Source: the human T2T-CHM13v2.0 reference genome, Homo sapiens. Taken from it: 64,000 nucleotides of DNA. Within the stretch, counting starts at the first letter, position 1. Each line of letters starts with the position of its first letter. Where the stretch lies: the NCBI RefSeq assembly GCF_009914755.1, contig NC_060929.1; one strand, written 5' to 3'. Shown piece by piece: positions 12,969 to 34,200 of this stretch. Made by a program: the position numbers and the translations under genes. Below the pieces are notes generated by a model. That model had not been told where the DNA came from. It did not search any database and worked only from the letters and a program-made list of their open reading frames with translations.

Positions 12969-13990
12969 ACGGGGAGAAACCAGAGCAGAAAAGCTGAAAA
13001 TTCTAAAAATCAGAGTGCCTCATCTCCTCCAAAGGAATGCAGCTCCTCACCAGCAATGGAACAAAGCTGGACAGAGAATGACTGACGAGTTGAGAGAAGA
13101 AGGCTTCAGATGATCGGTAATAACAAACTTCTCTGAGCTAAAGGAAGAAGTTCAAACCCAACGCAGAGAAGCTAAAAACCTTGAAAACAGAGTAGATGAA
13201 TGGCCAACTAGAATAAACAGTGTAGAGAAGTCCTTAAATGACCTGATGGAGCTGAAAAACATGGCACAAGAACTACGTGACACATGCACAAGCTTCAGTA
13301 GCAGGTTTGACCAAATGGAAGAAAGGGTAACAGTGATTGAAGATCAAATGAATGAAATGAAACGAGAAGAGAAGTTTAGAGAAAAAAGAGTAAAAAGAAA
13401 CAAACACAGCCTCCAAGAAATATGGGACTACATGAAAAGACCAAATCTACGTCTGATTGGTTTACCAGAAAGTGACAGGGAGAATGGAACCAAGTTGGAA
13501 AACACTCTTCAGGATATCATCCAGGAGAACTTCCTCAACCTAGCAAGGCAGGCCAACATTCAAATTCAGGAAATACAGAGAACACCACAAAGGTACTCCT
13601 TGAGAAGAGCAACTCCAAGACACATAATTGTCAGATTCACCAAAGTGGAAATAAAGGAAAAAATGTTAAGGGAAGCCAGAGAGAAAGGTCGGGTTACCCT
13701 CAAAGGGAAGCCCATCAGACTAACAGCGGATCTCTCAGCAGAAACTCTACAAGCCAGAAGAGAGTGGGGGCCAGTATTCAACATTCTTAAAGAAAAGAAT
13801 TTTCAACCCAGAATTTCATATCCAGCCAAACTAAGCTTCATAAGTGATGGAGAAATAAAATACTTTATAGACAAGCAAATGCTGAGAGATTTTGTCACCA
13901 CCAGGCCTGCCTTACAAGAGCTCCTGAAGGAAGCACTAAACATGGAAGGAACAACTAGTACCAGCCACTGCAAAAACATGCCAAATAAGC
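12969..13990 (+). pseudogene. L1 ORF1p, disabled
   Basis: Start codon reads ACG (12969); early frameshift near 13082; 13246-14022 encodes the recognisable coiled-coil/RRM/CTD (RPNLRLIG, PRHIIVRF, YPAKLS) with a frameshifted end. Confidence 0.93.
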
Positions 13991-14049
13991 CATCGATACT
14001 AGGAAGAAATTGCATCAACTAATGAGCAAAATAACCAGCTAACATCATA

Positions 14050-17807
<3,758 letters not shown>

Positions 17808-19309
17808 ACAATAAGAACACATGGACACAGGGTGGGGAACATCACACACTGGGGCCTGCCAGGGGTGGGGGGCAGGGAGGAGGGACAGCATTAGGAGATA
17901 TACCTAATGTAAATGATGAGTTAGTGGGTGCAGCACACCAACATGGCACATGTATACATATGTAACAAACCTGCACGTTGTGCACATGTACCCTAGAACT
18001 TAAAGTAAAATAAAATAAAAAATTTAAAAAAAGACTCGGCCCCCTTCCATCAACTTGGGCCAACTTGTGAAGGGTCATCCTAGTTCTAGAGCTCCCCTAC
18101 TAAGGTCTTCATTGAGACTACATCTCAACCCATCTTCTCCTCCATTCAGTCCTGCTCTTTTCAGTCTCTTCCACAAATATCAACCTCAAGAACATGCTCT
18201 AACAAACTTCTAGCACATGAATCTCTATTTCACAGTCTGTTCCTTGGAAGTGACACAGTTAGTCCATGAAAACAGATGCTAAAGAGGAGATTTTAAAGTC
18301 AGGTCATTCTATGACTGACTGGCAACCAGGGCCCATTACTGGCACAAGGTACTGGTAAAATTGCTAAAACTTCTGTCAGTGGTAAACCAAGAAGGTATCC
18401 TGACGAAAGAGAATGCACAAAAGAATGTGATTTATCAGGCATTTGAGAAATATTGGACAAATAATAACTAGAGAAACAGTGGAATGGGTGGCTATAGCTA
18501 AGATGTATTAATCCTTTGAAAAAGATAGCAAAAGGCTAATAGAAATTAACTGGTAATTAACAACTAAATTGAAAGCCAAAGGATCTTCATGGTATCATAT
18601 GAAGTGGCTCTCACATCTTAGAATCTGAGGAAAAGGTGAAGAAGGAGTGCTGAAGACCAGACCCAGGACTTAACCATAAGAGTAGCAGAACTGCAAAGAA
18701 GATTAAGCTTTCAACTTGCACGGGTCACCTATGTAAATTCAGAACCCTTCCTGGGAAAGAATGAACCTTATCACAAGGATGCAGACATATGAGTTAATGT
18801 AACTGAAACTCTTAAGCCACACCCCATGCCTCTGAATCTTCTGAGCTTGCAGAAGTAGCCTACCCTCCCTGTTAAACTTTACTTCTTTCCCTCTTACTTG
18901 CAAAGATGGAAGACATCTCCCTTCTACAGTACAACATGCATCCCTCTTGGGATCTGCCTCTACTTACTTTCCTGGCAACTAGTATAATAACTAAGATTAA
19001 GTCACAAAATAACCCATGCAGGTACAATGCTGAGCCTGATCAAGAAGGAAAGAGAAAATGCCAAAAAGGAGCTGCAGGACCTAGCAAACATGTCCCGGCA
19101 AGAACCCAGGAGAGTGTATGCATTGGACTGGATTCTGAGGATGCTGGCTCAAGGGAGGCAGAATATAAAGTTGAAGAGGTAGAAATGTATTGATTTGGGG
19201 GCACTCTGGGAGGACACAGGATTTAACATAGGTTCCGTTTAGGACCCTGGGAGATTGTGCAAACACCCTGCTAGGATGGCTCCCAGAGCATGAAGAAGTG
19301 ATGGCCCAG

Positions 19310-19509
19310 CAGGGGGGTTCACAAACTACAGTTTGCTGGCCAAATCTAGCCTGTGGCTTATTTTCATACACCCCACAAGCTAAGCATGAGCTTAACATTT
19401 TTAAAGGGTGTAAAAGATAAAGAAGGTAGGCAAACAAGGCTGTTTGTGGCCCACAGAGCCTAAAATATTTACTATCTGGGCCTTTATAGAAGAAGTTTAC
19501 ACAACCCTG
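19310..19509. mobile_element. MER58 hAT-Charlie element inside the ERVL internal region
   Basis: TIR-like ends caggggggttcacaaact / agtttacacaaccctg and core cccacagagcctaaaatatttactatctgggcctttatagaa. Confidence 0.88.
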
Positions 19510-20764
19510 GCCCACACTAAGCAAAGGCAGAAACGCCTGGATTGCCAAGGTAGAAAGTAGAAGAAATTATTCAAAGACTCAGAGAAGTGGGCATGCAAGA
19601 GTGGACATGCCATGTAAGACTGAAAAATCTGCAGGATGATTATCCTCCATAGGAGGGCCCAAAGCAATAAAGAATGTGCTGGTGAGAGGGGCACCAGCCT
19701 CCCTAATTTCAGTGGTGGCTCCCCTCTGCAGGCCAGGGATGACAGTAGTAAAGGCCATAACAGAACTGGGCTCATTGATAGGAATGGGAATGCCAGGACT
19801 CTGAAATAATAGACAGTGGCACTTAACTGTTAAAATCCCAAGGTATGCAATTCTCATAATAAGTAGCAAGTTGGGAGTGGCAGAAGTATTAATAATGATT
19901 ATTGGGAGAAGACAGGGTTGCTGTTCCACAGTCTAGATAGGGAAAAGCATAACTGGCATCCTAGTAATGTACTTGGGTGCCTCTTGGTAATTTCTTGTTC
20001 ATTTTGATGGTAAATGGACATTATAGCAATCCTGGCCTGAGAAAGGCACAAGTGACCAGGATCTCAGGCCTCTCAGTCATGAGGATCTGGGTCATTCACC
20101 AGGTGGGGCACTGAGACTAGCAGAGGTGCTAGCTAAGTGTTAGAAGGCTCTAGAATGCATAGTAGAGCAAGGGATCTGTGAGTATCAAAGGGTATTAATG
20201 TGTATCCTTTGTGGCCCCAAGACCAACTACAACAATGAAAGCTGTAGTCCATCCTACTAATCTTCCTCTTATAACTTTCCCCCACGACTCCCTCTGGAAT
20301 CCTGAAAGAATGGCTCCCAGAATAAGTAGATCCCAGTGCCTCCAAGATCCCACTTTATGACTGAGAAACTTATTCCTCTACATGCATGAAGTAGTGCCAG
20401 CAGTTAGACCTCATCTGTCAGCCCTCTGAAAGAAGTGTCTTAGCAGAAGAGAGCTGCCAAGCCCAAAGTCACATTCCATCCCCAGGTATTCTCACACAAT
20501 GACTGGTCAACATGAGCCTACAAAGGCCTGACCTCCTCACCCCAACTTGTGACAATTCTCAAGGGACTTGCCAGCTTCAGATCTCCCCATGGGGTTTTCT
20601 AGGGCCTACTTTAGAATTGCATTACAGCTCAACTTCTCCCTCTGCCCGATTCTGCTTCGTTCCCTTTCTTTTCACAGGCATTGATATTAAGAGCACTACT
20701 TAATAAGCTCTGCACACTAATCTCCTTCTTAGAGTCAGCTTCCCAGGGAACGCAACCTACAACA

Positions 20765-22255
20765 ATCTTTTATCCAACAGTTGCATTACTTGAATTATTT
20801 GACAGTTTCTCTTGTATATGTACATTGTCAGAAAAATAATCAAAAGCATTTTCTTGCTTTTCCAATTTTTATATCTTTCATTTCTTTTTCTTGTCTAACA
20901 CCATTGTCTAGGACCTCCAGTACCTTGGTGAATAGATGTCATGATGACCAGCATTTTTGTTTTCTCTTTGAAGGTAATACCATAGAGTATAATGTTTGCT
21001 CTTAAATTTTGCTAGCTATCCTTTATCAAATACTCCCCTTTTCTATTTTTGCTAAAAAATTTTTATTATCAAAATATGTTAAATTTTTCAAGGGCTTTTT
21101 ACCCTTCTATTGAGATGATTATGATATTTCTTCCTTCATTAATATGCTTAATTACATTAAAAGAGGCCCCATTGTTAAATCATCTTTATATTACTTAGTA
21201 AGTCCTATTTGGTTTACACAACACACATGCACATACATACATATAATGCTCATAATGATATAACTGGATTCTGAGTTGCAAATATTTTATTTATGATTTT
21301 TGGTCCTTTGTTCATTACTGACTATTGGTCTGCAAGTTTTCTTTTTTATATTGACATTTTCTGTTTCTAATATCAGGTTTATCTGATTTTTTTATACTAT
21401 CCCATAAAATGAATAGGAGAGCATTCACTCCTTTTATTATTTGGAACATTTGTATGTTTGACAGAATTCACCTGTAAATGAGGGATTTGAGATGTGTATG
21501 TGTGTTTACATAAATGATATGCATAAATTTTTATAAAATATTGATTATTGTTAATGATTATAACTACTTATCTGTTTCTTCTTGAGTCAATTTTGGGACA
21601 TTTTTATTTGCCTATGAAATTGTCTACTTATTCAAAGTTTTTAAGCTTATTGGTATTTGAGGAGTCATGGTATGCTCTTTTTATTTTTTAATATCTACTG
21701 TATCTTGTCAATATTTCCTTATTCATTTCTAAAAGGATTTGTGCTTTGCCTCTTTCCTGCCCAAGTTATAAACAAATTGAGAAAACAAAGGAGTGTCTTT
21801 ATTACTGATAAAGTCTAGGTGGAGGTGTTAGCTTAATATGAGAGCCAGAATTAGACTGGTTTGCTGACTGATTAAGCAGGAGTCCCCAAAAAGGGTTGCT
21901 CTGGTAAGATCTATGGCATGGAGGAGCAGAGGAGACTGTCCTGACTCCAGGCAGGTTTCCTCTAGAAAAAGAAAAAGGGCAGGGCTGAGCTGAGTAACCT
22001 CAATTTATTCTTCTCAGATTTACCAATCAGATGCCTTTCTAGAGACAACATGCATAAAGGAGCACAAGGAGGTCAGTTCTTGGATTTTGGTGAACCTTCC
22101 TATTTCTGAGCTTTTTATTATATTGGTTTATGTTCCCAGCCTCATGATTTTCTTCCTTTTAATTCCTGTGGGTTACTATGTTCTTTTACTAGATCTTTAA
22201 TTCATAAATGTCTAATTATCTTCATTTGTAATGGAATGTAACTGATAGCTGTAAA
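20765..22255 (-). mobile_element. Continuation of old L1M (ORF2 region)
   Basis: Antisense ORF2 motifs ctaggacctccagtaccttggtgaatag, cttctattgagatgattatgat and agaattcacctgtaaa. Confidence 0.75.
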
Positions 22256-22258
22256 GTG

Positions 22259-26700
<4,442 letters not shown>

Positions 26701-26977
26701 TTCCCAATAATGTAGGCACAATAAAATCAAATGTCAAACAGACACAGGTCCATAGCAGATCTTTTTTCTTGTCTTTCCAGCAGTATCTCGCTAATACATA
26801 GAAAATAAGTGGATCATAGGAATCTTTTTCCATTTTTACTCATAGTGGATAAATTATCCTCTTTCTTACCCCTTTCCCCATCCTCAGGTGCAGTCAAAAT
26901 AAGTCCCTAAATAGCAGGTTGGGTGGGGTTTTTTTTTCCCTCTAGTAATCCTCAGAATGTTTTCCACCAAAGGGAAC

Positions 26978-27338
26978 CGTATTAGTGTATTTTCACACTG
27001 CTGTAAATAAATACCTGAAACTCGATAATTTATAAAGGAAAGAGGTTTAATTGACTCACACACAGTTCAGCATGGCTGGGGAGGCTTCAGGAAACTTACA
27101 ATCATGGTGGAAGGCAAAGGGGAAGCAAGAACCTTCTTCACATGGCGGCAGGAGAGAGAATTGCAAGCAGGGAAAATGTTAGTGCTTATAAAACCATCAG
27201 ACCTCGTGAGAACTCACTATCATGAGAACAGCATGGGGGAAACTGTCCCCATGATCCACTCACCTCCCACAAGATCCTGCCCTTAACATATGGGGATTAT
27301 GGGGATTGCAATTTGAGATGAGATTTGAATGGGGACAC
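26978..27338 (-). mobile_element. THE1D-like MaLR solo LTR
   Basis: ggaaacttacaatcatggtggaagg and cttataaaaccatcagacctcgtgagaactcact; ggaac on both flanks; the extreme 5' terminus is missing. Confidence 0.9.
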
Positions 27339-30300
27339 GGGAACTAACTGGCCAAGGCAGAGTTTCCAGAAAGAGCAGACACACAGCCTACTTTAAAAGC
27401 AAAATGTTTTATCAGCTTCAAGGTTGACATCTACTAGCATATTAAAGAGGAAAGTCAACAGAGAAAGAAAAAAGAGAGGAGGAAAATAGAGGGAATCAGA
27501 GAATCAATGTTTCTTGGCCACTGATAATACATCACTCCTGAAAACCACTTTTGTGGCAGATTTTCCCTCAGTGTTAAGATGCTGCACAGCCAGGACTAGG
27601 ATCTAACCAATGTCTCCCTGAATCTCCTTCTCAGAAGGGAAGTCCATGAGCCAGAAAAGAGGGCCCATGGTAAACATCAAGAAAACAGCCTCAAGTAAAG
27701 GACTGCTTAAGGCAGGTAAAAGTCCTGTTTCTAAGTAGACCAGGGAGCTTGCTCTTTTTGTAAATCCTGCTTTTGCTCATTAGTTCCTTCTGGACATACT
27801 GCCCCATTTCAGTTTTTCATTTCCTATCCTCTCTAACCACACCTTCTCCATCCCCCAAGTTTCCTATTGTAATTGTGCTGATTCTCTAGGCTAGAAGGCT
27901 AAGATGACAATAAAGAGGGAGCAAATATTGCAGGAAAGGCTCCCAATCTCCCAATGTCAAAATATCTGCAGCATTCCCCCTGGAAAAGGCCCTCTTTCCT
28001 TGAAGGCCAGATATATCTGTGACATACGACTGCAAGATAATGTGATTGCAGGATTCAGGCCTTATGGTGCTCCAGGACATTTTTAAAAATCATGCAGTCA
28101 TCAAAAAGCTCCACTCCCAGCTGTGTGGAAAGTGACTCTGCAGCTCTCACTTAATTTTGGTTGCATTACCTCATTCTATACATCATTCATAACAAGCAAG
28201 GAACCACAGGGCTCCCTTTGCTGAATCTTCATGTCCTTGACCCAGCTCTAACTAATTTGTCCATTTACTTCATAAATGTGGTAAATCCTGTAGCTAAAAG
28301 AGGTTGTGCAGAAGTTTAATGCAGTGGGTTCTCGCCTAGTTGTCACAACAAGCAAAAGAAGCCAAGACAAATAGGAATCCTGACCTACTACCATTTTCTC
28401 GTCCTTCCCATGTGATTCACATTGCCATCACTCTGGCAGCTAGGATGGAAAGGTTGAGAAGAGAGGAGATTTTTTAAAATTGTCTTTGGATGGGCTATTT
28501 ATGTCTTCCAACCTGGTACTTTTCCTTGAACTCAAACAGAGCACCAAGACAGACTGCAGCGTGACTCCTCTACCCCACATAAATGAATACATTTACACTT
28601 CATCAGCTGTATTGGGAAGGAACTAGGAGTCTCCATGTGCTTCATGGGCCCATATAGGTTTCTTGCATGTCAAGGCAGAAGCTTAGGAGCACATGGCCTC
28701 AGGCCTGAAAGTGAGGCAGTACCCAGTCATTCCCCAGGAGAATCGTTCTGTAAGGATTTTGTCTGGTTTGTTAACACAGCTCTTCTACCAATCTTCATCA
28801 TCAGGACTTTATAACTCTCTTACAATTAGATAATATGGAAGCAAAGGATTCATTCTGGACCTGCTATAAAAGTAGCAGTATTTGGGGCTGGAGTCTGCAG
28901 ATATCTTGAACCGAACCAAGAACTCCAGTCTGTCTCAGGATTCAGACACAATTAGATAAAGGAAACTTCTCAGCCAAAGCCTAGACCCATTACAACCTTC
29001 TGTACCCTTTACCCCTACAATAAAACACTGTTAGAACTGAGGGGCTAAAAGACGCTGAATCATCAGAGCAAGATTAGATCATGATCACGTACTGTGCCGA
29101 GACGAAAAGCTAATGTAGACATTTTAGAAAGGGTTTCAACATCAAGAGTCAAAGCAAAAGGGGTTTTATATTTAACTAGGAATTAAGCAAAAATTCTATT
29201 TCCCCAGAATCCCAATAACAAACGTTTTATTTCTGAAGTGTTTGGGCACACTGTACAGTCTTTGCTTGAGAGCTGCCACAGTAGGATAAATAGCAATACA
29301 CAAAGGCACCAAGATTGACTGGAATTGCTCCAAATTATGCAACAATCTTTGAAAACCAAAAGAAGAGACTAGCAAAAAGATACATATTACTCTGTTTTAA
29401 ATGGACTATTTTTACATTTGTTTAAGGAAAAGGGAGCCAGAAGAGAAGTTCACTCAACTAGATTATCTCTTGAGTCCTCTTCTCATAGAGGCCAGCTAAT
29501 CTGGTAAATCAGACTTGCTTTCTGCCTACCCATGGGTCCTGCTGAGCTCTTTAATTCTTATATTATGGAGATTTGAAAACCAATCGTTAAAGAATGTATC
29601 AAAGAAAGTCTCAAAGTCAGCTTAAGGTTAATTTCCCTCAAGAAATTCTTGGCTTTTCTTCTTTTGGTGCCTCCCCGTCCCCACTTCTTAATTGCCTCTG
29701 TCTTCCTCCAGCCTAACCCCAGCTTGATCTTAGCACGGCTTGCCCCAGGACTGGCAGAACAGACAGGATAGCTCTTTAAGAATATAGAGTTGACTATTAA
29801 TAGCAGTGACACAGGCCATTGAGAGCCAAGGCAGCCAAGCAAGGAAATCTGTCAGCCTGGATTAGCTTTCCAGCACCTGGGAGGTAGGACTAATTTATAA
29901 GTAAAAATAGACAGCAAAAATGTCTGGCCCTTCATAGGCCCCTGATGTCTGAGAAGGCTTGCATGGATCCAAGTCCAAGGGCTTTTTCCAGCTGTCCTCC
30001 AAACCTAGCAGCAAACTTTTTTAAAAAACTGGAATTAATAAAAAGAAGGCTTGTTTCAGTCTGAATCAAAATCTATGTCTATATGAACAATGTACCTTTT
30101 TCCATGGATTTCTAACCATTTAACCAGATCCCAAATAACCTATAAGAGGAGTCATGTATGCCATAGTATCCTGCAGGATTCACTTATCAAAGTTATTAAC
30201 GAGTTATTTAGTAGAGTATGGTCGTGCCTTCTTTCTCTCTGGGCCTCCATGCATCCCCCCATGGGAGGGCTATACTTCCTGTACATGAGGTCTAAGCCTC

Positions 30301-30674
30301 TACTTCCCTAAGCTCTGGTAGAGTTCCTTTGCTCATCACAGAATGGACTGCAAGAATCACATCAAAATCTTTTGAAAGAAGTTTATATTTTAGAGGAGTA
30401 TTTGAGGTTAATTTACTAAGTCTCTGTTTTTTATAAACCAAAATTCGGGCTGCATGCAGACACTTGCTGCCAAGTTTAGAGGTTAGGTGACCACATATAA
30501 TTTATTTTGATCAAGTAATGAATTTATAAAATGAAATTATAAAATATTCACATAGGCCCTATTCTTAGGGCCCTATAGATTAGGTCACTTTGTGCTATGA
30601 CAGTCTCTGTCCCAGAGAAATTTACAGTGCCATTTTACTGAAAATCTTTTTTCAAATATCTCAAGTAATTGGGT

Positions 30675-30700
30675 ACACACACACACACACACACACACAC
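30675..30700. repeat. (AC)13 microsatellite
   Basis: Read directly from the sequence. Confidence 0.97.
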
Positions 30701-30989
30701 CAGATACCCCTGAGAAGTGGCAGTCCTGTTGTGTAAGCTAACACAATTGGCCAGAGCATTTTCTTATGCTATCCAGTCTTTCAGTTCCCATCTCTTACCT
30801 TCTAATTATACTACCTCCTATTATAAATAAGTCTTTTTTTGTAGGGTGTCAGGAACTAGTAGACTCTTGCCAGCCCCATTAGCCATCCATATTTAGATCC
30901 TTTAATCTTTCCTCTAATCTGACTCCCTGAGTCCCCCTCCCCTTCGACTACCCCCTCTCCTTGTCCTTCTCCAAATTCCTTAAGATTCT

Positions 30990-31260
30990 ATGCCCCTAAC
31001 TCAAGCTTTACAAAATCAGAGTGATATTCCAGATGCTTGCTCACTGAGAAACTGAGAGACCAGCTGTCACCTCTGCTTTCTGTTACTCTGTGACTCAGGG
31101 TATGGTCCCAAAATAGGTCTGGCCTTTCATGCTGCCTTCTCTCATTGCAGTCTGGCTTCACCTTACCTGTCCACCATCACCCCAGTTCCCCTTTAGCATT
31201 CCTGCTTTCCAGGTTTCTCTTCCCCATGAAGTGAACATGTTTCAGTTTATTTCCATTCAA
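30990..31260 (-). mobile_element. Ancient CR1/L3-like LINE fragment
   Basis: Ordered similarity to antisense CR1 ORF2: atattccagatgcttgctcac...tcacctc...ggcctttcatgctgcc...tgtccaccatcacccccagttcc...ctgctttccagg. Confidence 0.5.
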
Positions 31261-32529
31261 ACATGAATATGCCACTGGTCAGCACTCTCAGAAAGAATGT
31301 GTCTTACTTTCACCCTGGTTTGGAATTAGCCCAAAAGTCTCCATGAACATTTCTACCAAAGGAGCTCTTATTTATAAGGCCTTCCAATCTGGAAAGAGAA
31401 AGCAAGAAAAAAAAATTATGATTTTAGACTCCATTAGTACTTCTAACAATTTTCTGGAGAAAGTAAAATAGCATTCCAGGAGGATCTGCCTCAGAAAAAA
31501 ATTTGATGGGCTTATGAAGAGTGACTGTGTACCACCCTGGAGCTAAGGAGAGGAAGCTTTTCCCTACTAAAGTAAATTTCCCTGGGCTTACATGGAACGG
31601 CACAGTCATGGGCTTCATGGTGCTTTGTTGCTTGGGAACCCTGCTTTCTTCCCTCCTCCTCCCCCAGAATCTGTCCTACTCTCCCTTCTGGGAGCTCAGC
31701 TACGGCAGGTGGCAGGAAGGGTGTCCATGGGGACTGAGGAGCCCCACCCTCCTCCAGGAAAGTGCAGGGGCCCACGCTGTGCCCTGGGGAAGTCCAAGAG
31801 GCCCTCATCTCAGGAACTCCCAAGCCCACAGCACTAATCCCCACAGCTTCAAGAGGAGAGAACATTCCTATTTTAAGAGCTCCTGGGTAACGTTGTGCTC
31901 ACTGAGGTCTGAGTCACTGCTCTTCTTTAAAGTTTTTGAAAGAAATCTATTTCTCAGCCATTAGCTTTGCATGTTTTTTTTTTCTGCCTCAAAGATCAAT
32001 TGGTTTACCACAAAATGTAAAGAGAGTTAGTGAAGCAATGGTAACCAAGGAAGCTATGGTGTCTAGAAGTGCAATAACAGACAAGGGCAGAGCTAAGAGT
32101 TAAATAAGATCTAAAAATAAGTCACTAACTATACCCCACTTCCTGTAACATACAATACACAGGTACCTAGGAGAGAAAACCACTCACAGTTCAAAAGAAC
32201 ACATAAAGAACACTGCAATTAAACACAGCCCACCCTGACCCAAGTATCACCATCTCCTTAATTAACAATCTTGTAAGCAATGAGGATATTTCATTGTAAG
32301 CTTATTTGTCGTTATGATGCTTGAGAATATAGAACCACCATATCAGCCATTACAGTAATTACAAAAGAAGGTCACATCACAACCACGGCATTTGTTACCC
32401 GTTGTATAAACCACTGCAAGGTGAATGTGAGTTTTTCCACAGAGTTTGCCTGCAAGAAAAACCATGTATTTCTTCCTTATCAGCAAGCTACTGTCTAAAC
32501 AATTTAATGTTTTCACATTACCATCAATA

Positions 32530-32710
32530 ATAAAACAGCTAATGTTTATTGTACCTTTATACAATAATCCATTATTACCTCATTTAATCATTACAACAAC
32601 CACATGAAGCATCCCCTTTTTACAAACAGGAAAACAGAGGTAAAAAGAGATAGAGTAACTTGACCAAACCAATCCCCGTTAATAAGTGTTGAAGTTTAAT
32701 TTCAGATTTT
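32530..32710 (-). mobile_element. MIR SINE
   Basis: ctcatttaatcattacaacaaccacatgaag...ttttacaaacaggaaaacagagg. Confidence 0.75.
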
Positions 32711-33077
32711 CCTAGCTAGTCACCTCAAGAAATTAATCACATTTGATACGGTTGTTTACAATTCAAAATTTGAATGCCATCAGTTCCAACTTTATTTTAA
32801 TGGCCAACTTTATCTTTCCCCCAGCTAGTTAAGCTGATTTTTCACATATGTAAATGACTTCTATTAAAATTCAGTTTGTACTCTTTTCTCAGACTTCTAT
32901 ATTTAATATCACATTTTGGGTGTGGCTCAGCAAAAAATGAAAGTAACTGGTTCAGAAAATAAACACCCAGTTTCCTCTTCATTCTTTTTCCTTTGAGAAA
33001 AAGAGTAGCCGGATCTAAATAGAATGACCCTGGCCCCAAGTTAGAAGTTTCCAATTCCTTGGGACTCCCTTGGTGTC

Positions 33078-33451
33078 TGCATTAGTTTGCTAGGACTGCC
33101 ATTAATAAAGTACCACCTACTTGGCGGCTTAAACAACAAAAATTTACTTTCTCACTTCTGGAGGCTTAGAAGTTCGGCAGTGTAGCTTATTTCTGAGGCC
33201 TCCTTCCTTGGCTTGTAGATGGTTTTCTTCTCCCTGTGTCTTCACATGGTCTTCCGTCTATATGTGTCTGTCTTAAGTTCCTTTTATTTTGAGGACAACA
33301 GTCACATTGAATTAGAGCCCACCCACGTGACCTTATTTAATCTTACTTCCCTCTTTAAAGACCCCATCTCCAAATACAGTCACATTCTGGGATACTGGAG
33401 GTTAAAACTTCAGCATATAAATTTGGGGAAGCAACAATTTATCCTATAGCA
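33078..33451 (-). mobile_element. MLT1A-type MaLR solo LTR
   Basis: tgcattagtttgctaggactgcc...ggcttaaacaac...ctccaaatacagtcacattctgggatactggagg...tagca. Confidence 0.85.
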
Positions 33452-33959
33452 CTATCCTAACAATTTTCTTTTACAAGGTTGTCTATGTAGCACAATATAA
33501 ATGTCTTTGACCCTGACAACCAGGAGGTTAAATCACTGCTTTTTCTAAATGCTTTTGTATTACCTCCCTGTGATGATACACACAAGTTTTTCTATGATCA
33601 AACCAAGTTTTTATTCAAATACTGTTATCAGCAATACCGACCATATTATAGTTTTCACCTTAAAAGATACCGTTAATTTCATTTGTAAAGAAAATGCATT
33701 AAAGATGTATTTACCAATTATGAATTACCAATTGCCAATTAATAAAAATAAATTCTAGATTTGAAAAAATTTGAGGTCATTAACATCTTAAATTGCTATT
33801 ATTATACACATGGCACTTAAAACTGTATCACCTCTCGTCAAGATAGTGCCCAGAATAACTTACCCTGGGCCTCAGCATATGTCTCAATTCCTGGTCATCC
33901 CACATGAAGATTCAGAATGACCTGATAAGAGGTGATTCAGATGTGTATGTTACATCAGT

Positions 33960-34200
33960 GTAGAAGCTACCACTTATGGGTACCTCCTGCTTTCACATGC
34001 TGTGCTACATGTGTTATGTACATTAAATCATTTATCTTCAAAATCTCTGTGGGAGAAATATTATTGTGTCTGCTTTACCAGTGAGTAAACAACATTAGAG
34101 AGATTAAGGAAATTGGCCAAGGTCACACAGTTGGTCAAGACAGGTCTTAGATGTGAGCCTAGTCCCATCTGACTGCAGAATTTTTTTTTTTTTAACCACC
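33960..34200 (-). mobile_element. MIR SINE
   Basis: agagagattaaggaaattggccaaggtcacacagttgg. Confidence 0.75.

Noticed and set aside
17850-17885. G-quadruplex-like tract
   Set aside because: A known standard feature of the L1 3'UTR.
31521-31964. 147-aa ORF with a hydrophobic stretch
   Set aside because: No recognisable domain; overlapping ORFs in several frames reflect local GC richness.
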